DNA of 64,000 nt from an uncultured Lachnospiraceae bacterium (GTDB lineage Bacteria > Bacillota > Clostridia > Lachnospirales > Lachnospiraceae), in contig CACXAT010000010.1 of the NCBI GenBank assembly GCA_902765725.1, positions 2,542 through 66,541 of the forward strand, written 5' to 3'. A program made the position numbers and the translations under genes. Under the pieces are notes generated by a model, which was not told the DNA's origin, did no database searches, and saw only the letters and a program-made list of their open reading frames with translations. Positions 8,423-18,189 of the stretch are shown piece after piece. Position 1 is the first letter of the stretch, and each line of letters starts with the position of its first letter.

Positions 8423-10438
8423 ATGAACCCTGATTTCAACCTGCAGGAAGAACTGAAAAAACTGCCCGACAGACCCGGCGTGTATATCATGCATGACCGG
8501 TCGGACGCGATCCTGTATGTGGGCAAGGCGGTGAATCTGAAGCGGCGCGTGCACCAGTATTTCGTGAAGAAGCTGGGCCGGGGGCCCAAGATCGAGCATA
8601 TGGTCAGCCGGATCGCCTATTTCGAATACATCGTGACGGATTCCGAGCTGGAGGCGCTGGTCCTGGAGAATAACCTGATCAAGGAGAACCGGCCGAAGTA
8701 CAATACGCTTCTCAAGGATGACAAGACTTATCCGTATATCAAGGTCACGCTGCAGGAAGAATACCCGAGGGTCCTGTTTACCAGGAAGATGAAGAAGGAC
8801 GGAGCGCGCTACTACGGCCCCTTCAAGAGTTCATTTGCAGTGAAAGAGACCATCGAGCTGCTCAGGAAGCTCTACAGGGTGCGGGACTGCAGCCGGAACC
8901 TGCCGAGGGATATCGGGGCGGAGCGCCCCTGCCTGAACTATCAGATCGGACAGTGCAACGCGCCGTGCCAGGGACTGATCTCGCAGCAGGATTACCGGGA
9001 GAGCATCCAGAAGGCAGTGGATTTTCTCAATGGCAGCTACAGGGAGGTCGTCCGGATCCTGGAGGAAAAGATGCTTGCCGCCAGCGAGGCCATGGACTAT
9101 GAGGCGGCGGCCCAGTACAGAGACCTGAAGCAGAATGTGCTGACCGTGGTCCAGAAGCAGAAGATGGAAAATGGAGACGGTGAGGACCGGGATATCCTCG
9201 CCCTCGCGCTGGACGGCAAGGATGCGGTGGTCCAGGTATTCTACGTCAGGGACGGCAAGCTGATCGGAAGGGATCACAGCTTCATGACGCTCGGAGAGGA
9301 GGACGTATCCATCCTGCAGGAAGCTGCCCCGGAAAATGAAGACACGCCGGAAGGAGACACGCCGGAAGGAGACGTGCCTGAAGGAGACGCGCCTGAAGAA
9401 GAGGCCAGGAAGCGTATCCTTGAGGTGAAGGGACGGATCCTGTCTGTGTTTGTGCGCCAGTTCTATGCCGCGGCTCCCTTCCTTCCGAAGGAGTTGATGC
9501 TGGAGTGCCGCATCGAGGACCAGAAGCTGATCGAAGAGTGGCTGAGCAGCCGGCGCGGGAGCCGTGTTTACATCAAAGTACCCCAGCGAGGGACCCGCAG
9601 CCGCCTGGTGCAGATGGCCCATGAGAATGCTGAGATCGTACTGAAGCAGGACAGGGAGAGAATCCGCCTGGAAGAGGGAAGGACCATCGGAGCCATGCAG
9701 GAGATCGCATCCATCCTGGGCATCGGACATGTCACCCGGGTGGAGGCCTACGACATCTCCAATACATCGGGACTGGAGTCGGTGGGCTCCATGATCGTAT
9801 TTGAAAAAGGAAAGGCGAAGCCCACGGATTACCGCAAGTTCAGGATCCGGACCGTGGAAGGGCCCAATGACTATGCTTCCATGCGGGAGGTCCTGCAGAG
9901 GCGTCTGCGGCACGGGATCGAAGAGGCGAATGACCTTCGGGAGCGCCATATGGATGAAGCCCTCGGCTCCTTCAGCACCCTGCCGGACCTGATCATGATG
10001 GACGGCGGCAAGGGGCAGGTCCACATCGCCGAGGAGGTGTGCGAAGAGCTGGGACTTGCGATCCCGGTCTGCGGCATGGTCAAGGATGATTATCACAGGA
10101 CCAGAGGTCTGTATTATCAGGACCAGGAGCTGCCCATCGACCGGCGCTCGGAAGGCTTCAAGCTGATCACGCGGATCCAGGATGAGGCGCACCGTTTTGC
10201 CATCGAGTACCACCGCTCTCTTCGCAGCAAGGCGCAGACCCATTCCCTGCTCGATGAGATCGAGGGGATCGGACCGGCGCGGCGCAAGGCGCTGCTCCGG
10301 GCTTTTGGATCTCTGGAGGCGATCCGCGACGCGCAGCTGGAGCAGCTGGTGCGCGCGCCTTCCATGAACAGGGCAAGTGCACAGAAAGTATATGAGTATT
10401 TTCATCCCGGTATTCTCGACAAAGATCCGAACACGTGA
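8423..10438 (+). CDS. uvrC: Excinuclease ABC subunit C
   Basis: GIY-YIG region PGVYIM...YVGKA, Cys cluster, UVR coil, EAYDISN, DGGKGQ, C-terminal HhH GIGPARR; ATG 8423 follows GGAGG. Confidence 0.97.
   Translation: MNPDFNLQEELKKLPDRPGVYIMHDRSDAILYVGKAVNLKRRVHQYFVKKLGRGPKIEHMVSRIAYFEYIVTDSELEALVLENNLIKENRPKYNTLLKDDKTYPYIKVTLQEEYPRVLFTRKMKKDGARYYGPFKSSFAVKETIELLRKLYRVRDCSRNLPRDIGAERPCLNYQIGQCNAPCQGLISQQDYRESIQKAVDFLNGSYREVVRILEEKMLAASEAMDYEAAAQYRDLKQNVLTVVQKQKMENGDGEDRDILALALDGKDAVVQVFYVRDGKLIGRDHSFMTLGEEDVSILQEAAPENEDTPEGDTPEGDVPEGDAPEEEARKRILEVKGRILSVFVRQFYAAAPFLPKELMLECRIEDQKLIEEWLSSRRGSRVYIKVPQRGTRSRLVQMAHENAEIVLKQDRERIRLEEGRTIGAMQEIASILGIGHVTRVEAYDISNTSGLESVGSMIVFEKGKAKPTDYRKFRIRTVEGPNDYASMREVLQRRLRHGIEEANDLRERHMDEALGSFSTLPDLIMMDGGKGQVHIAEEVCEELGLAIPVCGMVKDDYHRTRGLYYQDQELPIDRRSEGFKLITRIQDEAHRFAIEYHRSLRSKAQTHSLLDEIEGIGPARRKALLRAFGSLEAIRDAQLEQLVRAPSMNRASAQKVYEYFHPGILDKDPNT
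9338..9397 (+). repeat. 4 x 15-bp in-frame tandem repeat inside uvrC (EDTPE/GDTPE/GDVPE/GDAPE)
   Basis: Units gaagacacgccggaa, ggagacacgccggaa, ggagacgtgcctgaa, ggagacgcgcctgaa. Confidence 0.85.
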
Positions 10439-10480
10439 TACGATTAAACGTAACGCATATCTTACCCATCGGAGGTCTAC

Positions 10481-11449
10481 ATGAATACACAATCCAGCGT
10501 ACCGATCGAAAAACTAGCTGATAAGATGGATCTGACCTACCAGACACCGCAGGTTAATCTGAAGGGCAAGGCGCTTACGACCACGGAGGTCAACCGGCCG
10601 GCACTGCAGCTGACAGGTTATTTTGACTACTTTGATTCCGACCGTCTCCAGGTCATCGGATATGTCGAATACACCTATCTGGAGACGCTGAGCCGTGAGA
10701 GAAAACGTGTGGTCTACGAGCAGCTTCTGGCATCCAAGATCCCGGCCATCGTCTATACCACCAGAACTGTTCCGGAAGAAGACATGCTGGAACTGGCGGT
10801 GAAGTACGACGTGCCGATCTTCACCACAGACAGGGAGACCAGCGCATTTGTCGCGGAAGTGCTCCGCTGGCTGAACGTGGAGCTGGCTCCGTGCATTACG
10901 ATCCACGGGGTGCTGGTAGATGTATACGGTGAAGGCGTCCTGATCATGGGTGAGAGTGGGATCGGCAAGAGTGAGGCCGCGCTGGAGCTGATCAAGAGGG
11001 GCCACCGCCTGATCACCGACGATGTAGTCGAGATCCGGAAGGTATCCGATACCACGCTGGTGGGAACGGCGCCGGATATAACGCGTCATTTCATAGAACT
11101 GCGCGGCATCGGCATCATCAATGTGAAGACCCTGTTCGGTGTGGAAGCCGTTATGGATACGACGAACATCGACCTGGTCATCAAACTGGAGGAATGGGAC
11201 AAGGATAAGGAATACGATCGGCTGGGACTGGAAGAGGAGTACACAGAGTTCCTCGGCAATAAGGTGACCTGCCATTCGCTTCCGATCCGTCCGGGCAGGA
11301 ACCTCGCGGTGATCGTGGAATCGGCGGCGGTAAACCACAGACAGAAGAAGATGGGATACAATGCGGCACAGGAGCTGTACGACAGAGTGCAGCAGGGCAT
11401 CAGGGCAAACATGGAAAAAAATAATTTTGACAGGCAAGGAGACATGTGA
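10481..11449 (+). CDS. hprK: HPr kinase/phosphorylase
   Basis: HGVLVDVYGEGVLIMGESGIGKSE, LITDD, ELRGIGII, PGRNLAVIVESAA. Confidence 0.97.
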   Translation: MNTQSSVPIEKLADKMDLTYQTPQVNLKGKALTTTEVNRPALQLTGYFDYFDSDRLQVIGYVEYTYLETLSRERKRVVYEQLLASKIPAIVYTTRTVPEEDMLELAVKYDVPIFTTDRETSAFVAEVLRWLNVELAPCITIHGVLVDVYGEGVLIMGESGIGKSEAALELIKRGHRLITDDVVEIRKVSDTTLVGTAPDITRHFIELRGIGIINVKTLFGVEAVMDTTNIDLVIKLEEWDKDKEYDRLGLEEEYTEFLGNKVTCHSLPIRPGRNLAVIVESAAVNHRQKKMGYNAAQELYDRVQQGIRANMEKNNFDRQGDM

Positions 11450-12384
11450 TGAAGCAGTATTGTTTTGGAATCGACGTAGGCGGAACAACGGTTAAGTGCG
11501 GTTTTTTCAATTCTGAGGGAGATCTTCTCGACAAATGGGAGATCCCTACCAGGACAGAGGAGAACGGATCTAAGATCCTTCCGGATATTGCGCAGACGAT
11601 CAAGGCAAAGATCGAGGAGAGAGGCCTTACCAAGGACCAGATCGAGGGTGTCGGCATCGATATCCCGGGACCGGTCAATGAAAAAGGAGAGGTCGATCTC
11701 GCGGTCAATCTTCACTGGGGCCATGTAGATATCGTCGGCGAGATGGAGAAGATGACGGGCATCCGTACGAAGGCTGTCAATGATGCCAATGCCGCGGCAC
11801 TGGGCGAGTGCTGGAAGGGCGGCGGCGCCGGCCACAAGAACCTGATCATGGTCACCCTTGGCACGGGTGTAGGCGGCGGTGTCGTTGTAGAGGGCAAGGT
11901 CATTGCCGGAGCAGGCGGTGCCGGCGGCGAGATCGGTCATGTGCATGTCACCGAGGAGCTGACTGAGCCCTGCAACTGCGGCAATGTCGGATGCCTGGAG
12001 CAGGTAGCCTCCGCGACCGGCGTGGTGCGCCTTGCGAAGATGCAGCTGGTCAAGAAGCCGGATATGCCCTCCGTACTCAGAGACAGGAACTTCTCCTGCA
12101 AGGACGTATGGGATGCAGTCAAGGACGGAGACGAGCTTGCGGATGAGGTAGCTGAGAAGTTCGGATTCTATCTGGGAAGAGCGCTGGCCGCATTTGCCTG
12201 CGTGACCGATCCGGAGATCTATGTCATCGGCGGCGGCGTATCCAAAGCAGGCACGATCATCCTGGACTATGTCCAGAAGTATTACAGACAGTATGCTTTC
12301 CCGGCATGCAAGGACGCGACCTTCGCCCTGGCAACCCTGGGAAATGATGCCGGCATCTACGGAGCGGCAAAGCTTGTTCTGTAA
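11449..12384 (+). CDS. glcK: ROK-family glucokinase
   Basis: GIDVGGT, NDANAA, TLGTGVGGG, GEIGH, CNCGNVGCLE; start overlaps the hprK stop (TGATG). Confidence 0.9.
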   Translation: MKQYCFGIDVGGTTVKCGFFNSEGDLLDKWEIPTRTEENGSKILPDIAQTIKAKIEERGLTKDQIEGVGIDIPGPVNEKGEVDLAVNLHWGHVDIVGEMEKMTGIRTKAVNDANAAALGECWKGGGAGHKNLIMVTLGTGVGGGVVVEGKVIAGAGGAGGEIGHVHVTEELTEPCNCGNVGCLEQVASATGVVRLAKMQLVKKPDMPSVLRDRNFSCKDVWDAVKDGDELADEVAEKFGFYLGRALAAFACVTDPEIYVIGGGVSKAGTIILDYVQKYYRQYAFPACKDATFALATLGNDAGIYGAAKLVL

Positions 12385-12405
12385 CAGTCAGGAGGCAGTG
12401 TAAAA

Positions 12406-12531
12406 ATGAAGAACCAGAAACGCAATTCAAGGCGCGGCAGGAAACAGCAGATCGTGGCAGCAGTCATCGTAGGTGTACTGGTGCTGGCAATGCTCCTGTC
12501 CGTTCTGCCCTCCATGTTCGCGATTGCATAA
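12406..12531 (+). CDS. 41-aa single-pass membrane protein (DUF4044-like), absent from the ORF track
   Basis: GGAGG upstream. MKNQKRNSRRGRKQQIVAAVIVGVLVLAMLLSVLPSMFAIA: basic N-terminus plus one hydrophobic helix; fills the glcK-VanW gap. Confidence 0.7.
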   Translation: MKNQKRNSRRGRKQQIVAAVIVGVLVLAMLLSVLPSMFAIA

Positions 12532-12571
12532 GAGTGCATAAGGAACAAGGGATTCTTTCGGAGGACATGCT

Positions 12572-14116
12572 TTGAAGGCAGATAGATTCTTGAAGGTGTT
12601 CGCGGCAGGGGTGATCCTGGCGGCCGTCACAACCGTATATGCGCATGCCGCAAAACCGGTTGCCTCGTCCTACGACCAGACCATCGCCAGCGGCGTACAC
12701 GTGGAGGGCGTGGACCTGTCCGGGATGAGCCTGGAGGAAGCCCGCGGCGCCCTCCAGACCAAAGTGGACCAGATGGCATCCACGCCCGTCAGCCTTACCA
12801 TAGGCGGCAATGTGGTCACCTCTTCGCTTGCAGATATGGGTTATACCTGCACGAATCTGGACATTGTGAACGATCTTGCCCGGATCGGGAAGAGCGGAAA
12901 TATCGTCGAGCGGTACAAGGAGCAGAAAGACCTGGAGAACAATACGGTGGACTATCCGCTGGAATTCACAGTGGACAGGAGCCGTGTCCGGGAGATCGTG
13001 GGAGGCTGCAGTGTCTACAACACCGATCCGGTGGAGGGACAGCTTCTGATCGGAAGCGACGGCTATCCCTACGTAGAGGGCGGAACTGACGGTATCACGC
13101 TGAAGAAAAAGAAGTCGGTAAAGGCGGTTATGAACGCCATCCGGAACTGGACCGGCGGCGAGATCTCGGTAGACCTTGTGGTGGACGTGACCAGTCCCGA
13201 GGTATCCGCTGAAACGCTGTCACTGGTGAAGGATGTACTGGGACAGGCAACGACAGACTATTCGGCGTCCAGCGCCGCGCGCGCGACCAACGTTCAGAAC
13301 GGCTGTCATCTGATCGACGGCACTCTGCTGTGGCCGGGTGAGGAATTCTCTGTCACGAGGGCGGTCACGCCATTTTCGGCAGAGAACGGATACCAGCCTG
13401 CGCCGACCTATGAAGAGAACCGGACGGTAGACTCCTACGGAGGAGGCATCTGCCAGGTATCCACGACCCTGTACAACGCTGCGCTCAAGGCGGAGATGGA
13501 CATCACGGCCAGATCCAACCATACGATGATGGTCAGCTACGTGGAGCCCTCCAAGGACGCTGCGATCGCGGAAGGTTCGATGGATATGTGCTTCGTCAAC
13601 AATACGGACGCGCCGATCTACATCGAAGGATACTGCTCCGGAGGCCAGATCACCTTCGTGATCTTCGGCCATGAGACAAGACCGGAAAACCGGACCCTGC
13701 AGTTCACCAGCAAGGTGCTGGCGACGATGCAGCCCGAGGGCTTCTCCCTGTATCCGGACGCGACCCAGCCTGTGGGCTACGTGCTGCAGACCCAGTCGCC
13801 CCACACGGGATACCAGGCGGAGCTCTGGAAGGAGATCTATGTGGATGGTGTCCTGACCGACGAGTACAGGATCAATTCCAGCTACTATCAGGCAGTCGGA
13901 ACCATCTATTCCATCGGAGTGGCGACCGCGGACCCGTCTGTGTCCCAGGCGATCTACGCAGCCATCTCAGCCAACAATCTCCAGGCTGTCCAGCAGATCA
14001 TCGCGACCGGGAAAGCACAGGCTGCCCAGCCGGATCAGCAGGCACAGACCGATGCGTACGGCAATCCGGTTGTGACCGATCCTGCCGTGGACCCGAACGT
14101 TACGATCATCAACTGA
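12572..14116 (+). CDS. VanW-family exported protein with N-terminal PG-binding-like region
   Basis: Signal peptide; RATNV, GGGICQVSTTLYNA, HTMMVSYV, DAAIA VanW motifs; TTG start after GGAGG. Confidence 0.88.
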   Translation: MKADRFLKVFAAGVILAAVTTVYAHAAKPVASSYDQTIASGVHVEGVDLSGMSLEEARGALQTKVDQMASTPVSLTIGGNVVTSSLADMGYTCTNLDIVNDLARIGKSGNIVERYKEQKDLENNTVDYPLEFTVDRSRVREIVGGCSVYNTDPVEGQLLIGSDGYPYVEGGTDGITLKKKKSVKAVMNAIRNWTGGEISVDLVVDVTSPEVSAETLSLVKDVLGQATTDYSASSAARATNVQNGCHLIDGTLLWPGEEFSVTRAVTPFSAENGYQPAPTYEENRTVDSYGGGICQVSTTLYNAALKAEMDITARSNHTMMVSYVEPSKDAAIAEGSMDMCFVNNTDAPIYIEGYCSGGQITFVIFGHETRPENRTLQFTSKVLATMQPEGFSLYPDATQPVGYVLQTQSPHTGYQAELWKEIYVDGVLTDEYRINSSYYQAVGTIYSIGVATADPSVSQAIYAAISANNLQAVQQIIATGKAQAAQPDQQAQTDAYGNPVVTDPAVDPNVTIIN

Positions 14117-14118
14117 CC

Positions 14119-14595
14119 ATGGATATCATAATGACCGGCTATGCCGGGCAGAAGGAAACAGCAGATCTTGCGGCGCGCTATGAAGCCAGGCTGCGCCGGG
14201 AGCTCCCCCTGTCGGTGACAGAGGCGGCCAGGTCCCTGGCATCTGACTGCCGGCCTCCCGAAGAGTGCATGAGCAGGGCGGGTGTCCGGATCACCGAAGG
14301 CGGAGTGGCTGCGGCGCTGTGGATCCTGGGGGAGAAGCTCCAGAGCGGGCTGAATGCGGATCTTCGATCCGTCCCGATCCGGCAGGAGACTGTCGAGATC
14401 TGTGAGATCCTGGATCTGGATCCCTACAGCCTGAGAAGCGACGGTGCCTGGCTGATCGCCGTGGCAGACGCGCAGGAGGCGCTGCTGTGGTGCCGCGTCA
14501 GGAAGATCCCTGCCGCGAAGATCGGAGAGACGACCGCTCAGGAGGCCAGAGTTCTCGCCTGCGGGGACGTGACAAGGTATCTGGAGCGGGCGTAG
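14119..14595 (+). CDS. AIR synthase-related C-terminal-domain protein (HypE/PurM-like, C domain only)
   Basis: DIIMTGYAG, ITEGGVAAALW, VPIRQETVEICEILDLDPY, IPAAKIGE; only 158 aa. Confidence 0.65.
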   Translation: MDIIMTGYAGQKETADLAARYEARLRRELPLSVTEAARSLASDCRPPEECMSRAGVRITEGGVAAALWILGEKLQSGLNADLRSVPIRQETVEICEILDLDPYSLRSDGAWLIAVADAQEALLWCRVRKIPAAKIGETTAQEARVLACGDVTRYLERA

Positions 14596-14665
14596 CGGAC
14601 ACGCCGCGCCTCACGGAGAAGTCCGGCATATACATATTACCCGTAATAGAAGGAGGAAAGTCACT

Positions 14666-15148
14666 ATGAGAGAACAGATTCTCGCGCTCCTGGAGCGTAA
14701 TTCCAAAATGACGCCGGAGGAGATCGCGGTTCTTCTGGGCTCGAGCAAGGAGATGATCGCGGAGGAGATCCGCCGGATGGAAGCTGAGAATATCATCTGC
14801 GGATACAATACCCTGATCAACTGGGATCATACCGGTGCCGAGAAGGTGACAGGACTGATCGAGGTGCGGGTCACTCCCCAGAGAGGACAGGGGTTCGATC
14901 ACATCGCGGAGCGCATCTACAATTACCCGGAGGTCCAGTCTGTGTATCTGATCTCGGGCGGCTACGACCTGCTTGTTATCCTGGAAGGAAAGTCTCTCAA
15001 AGACATCGCGTCCTTTGTACACAGCAAGCTGTCCACGATGGACAGTGTCATCTCGACGGCGACTCATTTTATCCTGAAGAAGTACAAGGATGACGGAATC
15101 ATTTTTGATCAGGAGAAGGGAGACCCGCGGCAGACGATCACTCCGTAA
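14666..15148 (+). CDS. Lrp/AsnC-family transcriptional regulator
   Basis: N-terminal HTH, SVYLISGGYDLLV, STATHFILK; strong AGGAGG. Confidence 0.92.
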   Translation: MREQILALLERNSKMTPEEIAVLLGSSKEMIAEEIRRMEAENIICGYNTLINWDHTGAEKVTGLIEVRVTPQRGQGFDHIAERIYNYPEVQSVYLISGGYDLLVILEGKSLKDIASFVHSKLSTMDSVISTATHFILKKYKDDGIIFDQEKGDPRQTITP

Positions 15149-15204
15149 GCCCTTCCACGGATCGTATCCGGCGGCCGAGCAACTGCTAAGGAGTTTGTAT
15201 TGAT

Positions 15205-16389
15205 ATGATGAAATTAGATAAAGGAATGACTCTCGGGAAAAAGGCTGTCGCGCTGAAACCGTCCGGGATCCGCAAGTTCTTTGATATTGTCGCGGAGATG
15301 GATGACGTGGTTTCACTGGGCGTCGGCGAGCCGGACTTTGATACCCCCTGGGCTGTCAGGGACGAGGGCATCTACACACTGGAGAAGGGCAAGACCTTCT
15401 ATACCTCCAATTCCGGCCTGAAGGAGCTCCGCGAGGAGATCGTCAATTTCCAGATGAAGAGGCTTGGGGTACGCTATGACCCGATCCACGAGTGCCTGGT
15501 GACGGTGGGAGGATCTGAGGCGATCGACCTTGCCTTCCGCGCGATCTGTGATCCCGGGGATGAGATCCTGATCCCCGAGCCCAGCTATGTTTCCTACACG
15601 CCCTGCGCGATCCTTGCGGACGCTGTTCCGGTCCCGATCCCGCTGAAGGCGGAAAATGACTTCCGTCTGACTCCGGAGGAACTGGAGGAGCATATCACGG
15701 ACAAGACGAAGATCCTGGTGCTCCCGTTCCCGAACAATCCGACCGGGGCTGTCATGACCAGGGCGGATCTGGAGCCTATCGCGAAGATCTGCATCGAGCG
15801 CAACCTCTTCGTCGTCACGGATGAGATCTATTCCGAGCTCACCTACACAGGAGAAGACCATGCGTCCATCGTGCAGTTCCCCCACATGCAGGAACGCACC
15901 GTCCTGATCAACGGATTCTCGAAGGCATTTGCTATGACCGGATGGAGGCTCGGATACTGCTGCGGTCCGCAGGAGATCATCTCTCTGATGACGAAGATCC
16001 ACCAGTTCGCGATCATGTGCGCGCCGACCAACAGCCAGTATGCCGCGGTCGTTGCCCTGAGAGACTGCTATGCGGAAGTGGAGAAGATGCGCGAGGCATA
16101 TAACCAGAGAAGACGGTTCCTGCTGCATGCCTTTGAGCAGATCGGTCTTCCCTGCTTCGAGCCCTTCGGAGCATTCTATGTTTTCCCCTGCATCAAGGAA
16201 TTCGGAATGACCTCAGAAGAGTTCGCGACCAGGCTTCTGGAAGAGGAGCGGGTGGCCGTCGTGCCGGGAGACGCTTTCGGAGAGAGCGGCGAGGGATATA
16301 TCCGTATCTCCTACGCCTATTCGCTGGAGGCCCTGAAGGTGGCGGTCGGACGTCTCGAGCGATTCGTGACACGGCTTCGCTCCCGCTGA
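15205..16389 (+). CDS. PLP-dependent aminotransferase class I/II
   Basis: LGVGEPDF, PNNPTG, DEIY, GFSKAFAMTGWRLG, GYIRISYA. Confidence 0.93.
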   Translation: MMKLDKGMTLGKKAVALKPSGIRKFFDIVAEMDDVVSLGVGEPDFDTPWAVRDEGIYTLEKGKTFYTSNSGLKELREEIVNFQMKRLGVRYDPIHECLVTVGGSEAIDLAFRAICDPGDEILIPEPSYVSYTPCAILADAVPVPIPLKAENDFRLTPEELEEHITDKTKILVLPFPNNPTGAVMTRADLEPIAKICIERNLFVVTDEIYSELTYTGEDHASIVQFPHMQERTVLINGFSKAFAMTGWRLGYCCGPQEIISLMTKIHQFAIMCAPTNSQYAAVVALRDCYAEVEKMREAYNQRRRFLLHAFEQIGLPCFEPFGAFYVFPCIKEFGMTSEEFATRLLEEERVAVVPGDAFGESGEGYIRISYAYSLEALKVAVGRLERFVTRLRSR

Positions 16390-16431
16390 CCTGAGGTTTC
16401 GGCAATATCGGATAAAAATGGAAAAATCATC

Positions 16432-16470
16432 AAAAACTCCCAGACACAGCGTGGCTGGGAGCTTTATATT
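16432..16470 (+). terminator. Intrinsic terminator after the aminotransferase
   Basis: CTCCCAG (16437-43) pairs with CTGGGAG (16455-61), followed by CTTTATATTT. Confidence 0.6.
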
Positions 16471-16516
16471 TTGGGCAGATGCACAAATAATGTGTAGAAT
16501 GTATGAACAATTTTAA

Positions 16517-16545
16517 TTGCAGATTTTGGGGCATGGTGCTAACAT
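16517..16545 (+). promoter_or_regulatory. Sigma-A-type promoter of cstA with extended -10
   Basis: TTGCAG, 17 bp spacer, TAACAT, with TG at the extended -10 position. Confidence 0.55.
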
Positions 16546-16597
16546 AGGCGTATCGATAACAGGTGTCTGTAAAACAGAAAACGCATAAACACACTGC

Positions 16598-16634
16598 CTG
16601 CTGTGAGAGAACCGGGACTCGCAGCGGTTTTTGT
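16598..16634 (+). terminator. Terminator-like hairpin inside the cstA 5' leader
   Basis: CTGCTGTGAG pairs with CTCGCAGCGG (10 bp, 2 G.U), followed by TTTTTGT. Confidence 0.55.
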
Positions 16635-16682
16635 GTGAATGAGGGATCTGACAGGCGCCATATAACTTGGGAGGGTTATATT

Positions 16683-18155
16683 ATGATTAGTTTCTTTATC
16701 TGCCTTGCGATTCTGATCTGCGGGTACTTCACCTACGGCTCGTTTGTTGACAATACATTCGGACCGGACGACCGTGAGACCCCGGCAGTCGCAATCAATG
16801 ATGGTGTTGACTATGTTGTCATGCCTGCGTGGAAGCTGTTCCTGGTGCAGCTGCTGAACATTGCCGGACTTGGCCCGATCTTCGGTGCCATGCAGGGTGC
16901 TCTCTGGGGACCGATCGTGTTCCTGTGGATCACATTTGGTACTGTCTTTGCAGGTGCCGTACATGACTATTTCTCCGGAATGCTTTCCGAGAGAAACAAC
17001 GGTGCATCGATCTCCGAGGTTACCGGTATCTACCTTGGGCCGATCATGCATAACATCATGCGTGTATTCTCAGTCATCCTTCTGATCATGGTCGGTACCG
17101 TGTTCGCAGTCGGACCGGCTGGCCTTCTGGTCAAGCTGCTCACTGAGAAGGGCGTATCCGGCATGTTCGCGCAGACCACGACCTGGCTGGCGATCATCCT
17201 GATCTACTACTTCATTGCGACCTTTATCTCCATTGATAAGATCATCGGCAAGATCTATCCGATCTTCGGTATTGTCCTGATCATCATGGCTGTTGGCGTT
17301 GCATTCGGTATCCCGATCCACGGATTCCACACCCCGGAGATCTGGGCAAACTTCCGCAACATGCATCCGGCGGGAACTCCGATCTGGAGCTTCATGTTCA
17401 TCACCGTCGCATGCGGTGCTATCTCCGGTTTCCATTCCACTCAGTCTCCTCTGATGGCACGCTGCCTGAAGAGTGAGAGACAGGGTAAGTTCGTATTCTA
17501 CGGCGCAATGGTTGCAGAAGGCTGCATCGCTCTGATCTGGGCCGCAGCAGGCTGCTCTCTGTACGCTGTTACCGACGGACTGAACACCGGCCTTGCTGAG
17601 GTTCTGGCAAATGGTCAGTCCGCAGCCATCTACGATGTTGCAGTTACCACCATGGGTCCGGTCGGCGTTATCCTTGCGATGCTCGGCGTTGTTGTCTGCC
17701 CGATCACTTCCGGCGACACAGCTTTCCGTTCCGCAAGACTGACCCTTGCTGACTGGCTGAAGTTCGATCAGGGAACCATGGGCCACAGACTTGCGCTCTG
17801 CATCCCGGTCCTTGGCGTAGGCGCTTTCCTTGGCTTCGGCAACACCCTTGGATTCATCAACTACACCGTCATCTGGAGATACTTCAGCTGGACCAACCAG
17901 ACGCTGGCTATGATCGTCCTGTGGGCAGGCGCGATGTTCCTGGCGATGGAGAAGAAGAACTACTGGATCGCAGCGATTCCGGCAACCTTCATGAGTGCGG
18001 TTTCCTCGACCTACTTCATCATGGCTCCGGAGTGCCTTGGCATGATCCCGGCTCTGAAGAGCAACACCACGGTTGCATATCCGTGCGGACTCATCATCGC
18101 GGCGCTGTTCCTGGTGATCTTCCTTCGCAGCGCGAAGAAGGCTTCTTCCAGATAA
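16683..18155 (+). CDS. cstA: Carbon starvation protein A-family transporter (peptide/pyruvate)
   Basis: IAGLGPIFGA, GAVHDY, ACGAISGFHSTQSP, ITSGDTAFRSARL; ATG 16683 follows GGGAGG. The track's longer start runs through leader DNA. Confidence 0.92.
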   Translation: MISFFICLAILICGYFTYGSFVDNTFGPDDRETPAVAINDGVDYVVMPAWKLFLVQLLNIAGLGPIFGAMQGALWGPIVFLWITFGTVFAGAVHDYFSGMLSERNNGASISEVTGIYLGPIMHNIMRVFSVILLIMVGTVFAVGPAGLLVKLLTEKGVSGMFAQTTTWLAIILIYYFIATFISIDKIIGKIYPIFGIVLIIMAVGVAFGIPIHGFHTPEIWANFRNMHPAGTPIWSFMFITVACGAISGFHSTQSPLMARCLKSERQGKFVFYGAMVAEGCIALIWAAAGCSLYAVTDGLNTGLAEVLANGQSAAIYDVAVTTMGPVGVILAMLGVVVCPITSGDTAFRSARLTLADWLKFDQGTMGHRLALCIPVLGVGAFLGFGNTLGFINYTVIWRYFSWTNQTLAMIVLWAGAMFLAMEKKNYWIAAIPATFMSAVSSTYFIMAPECLGMIPALKSNTTVAYPCGLIIAALFLVIFLRSAKKASSR

Positions 18156-18189
18156 ATAAAAGCGGCTTGGCCGTAATGCATGAACAAAA

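Noticed and set aside
10438-10480. cre (CcpA) site before hprK
   Set aside because: TTAAACGTAACGCA does not align adequately with TGWNANCGNTNWCA.
16479-16510. LytTR-type direct repeat upstream of the cstA promoter
   Set aside because: ATGCACAAAT and ATGTATGAAC match poorly and are 20 bp apart; no LytTR gene is nearby.
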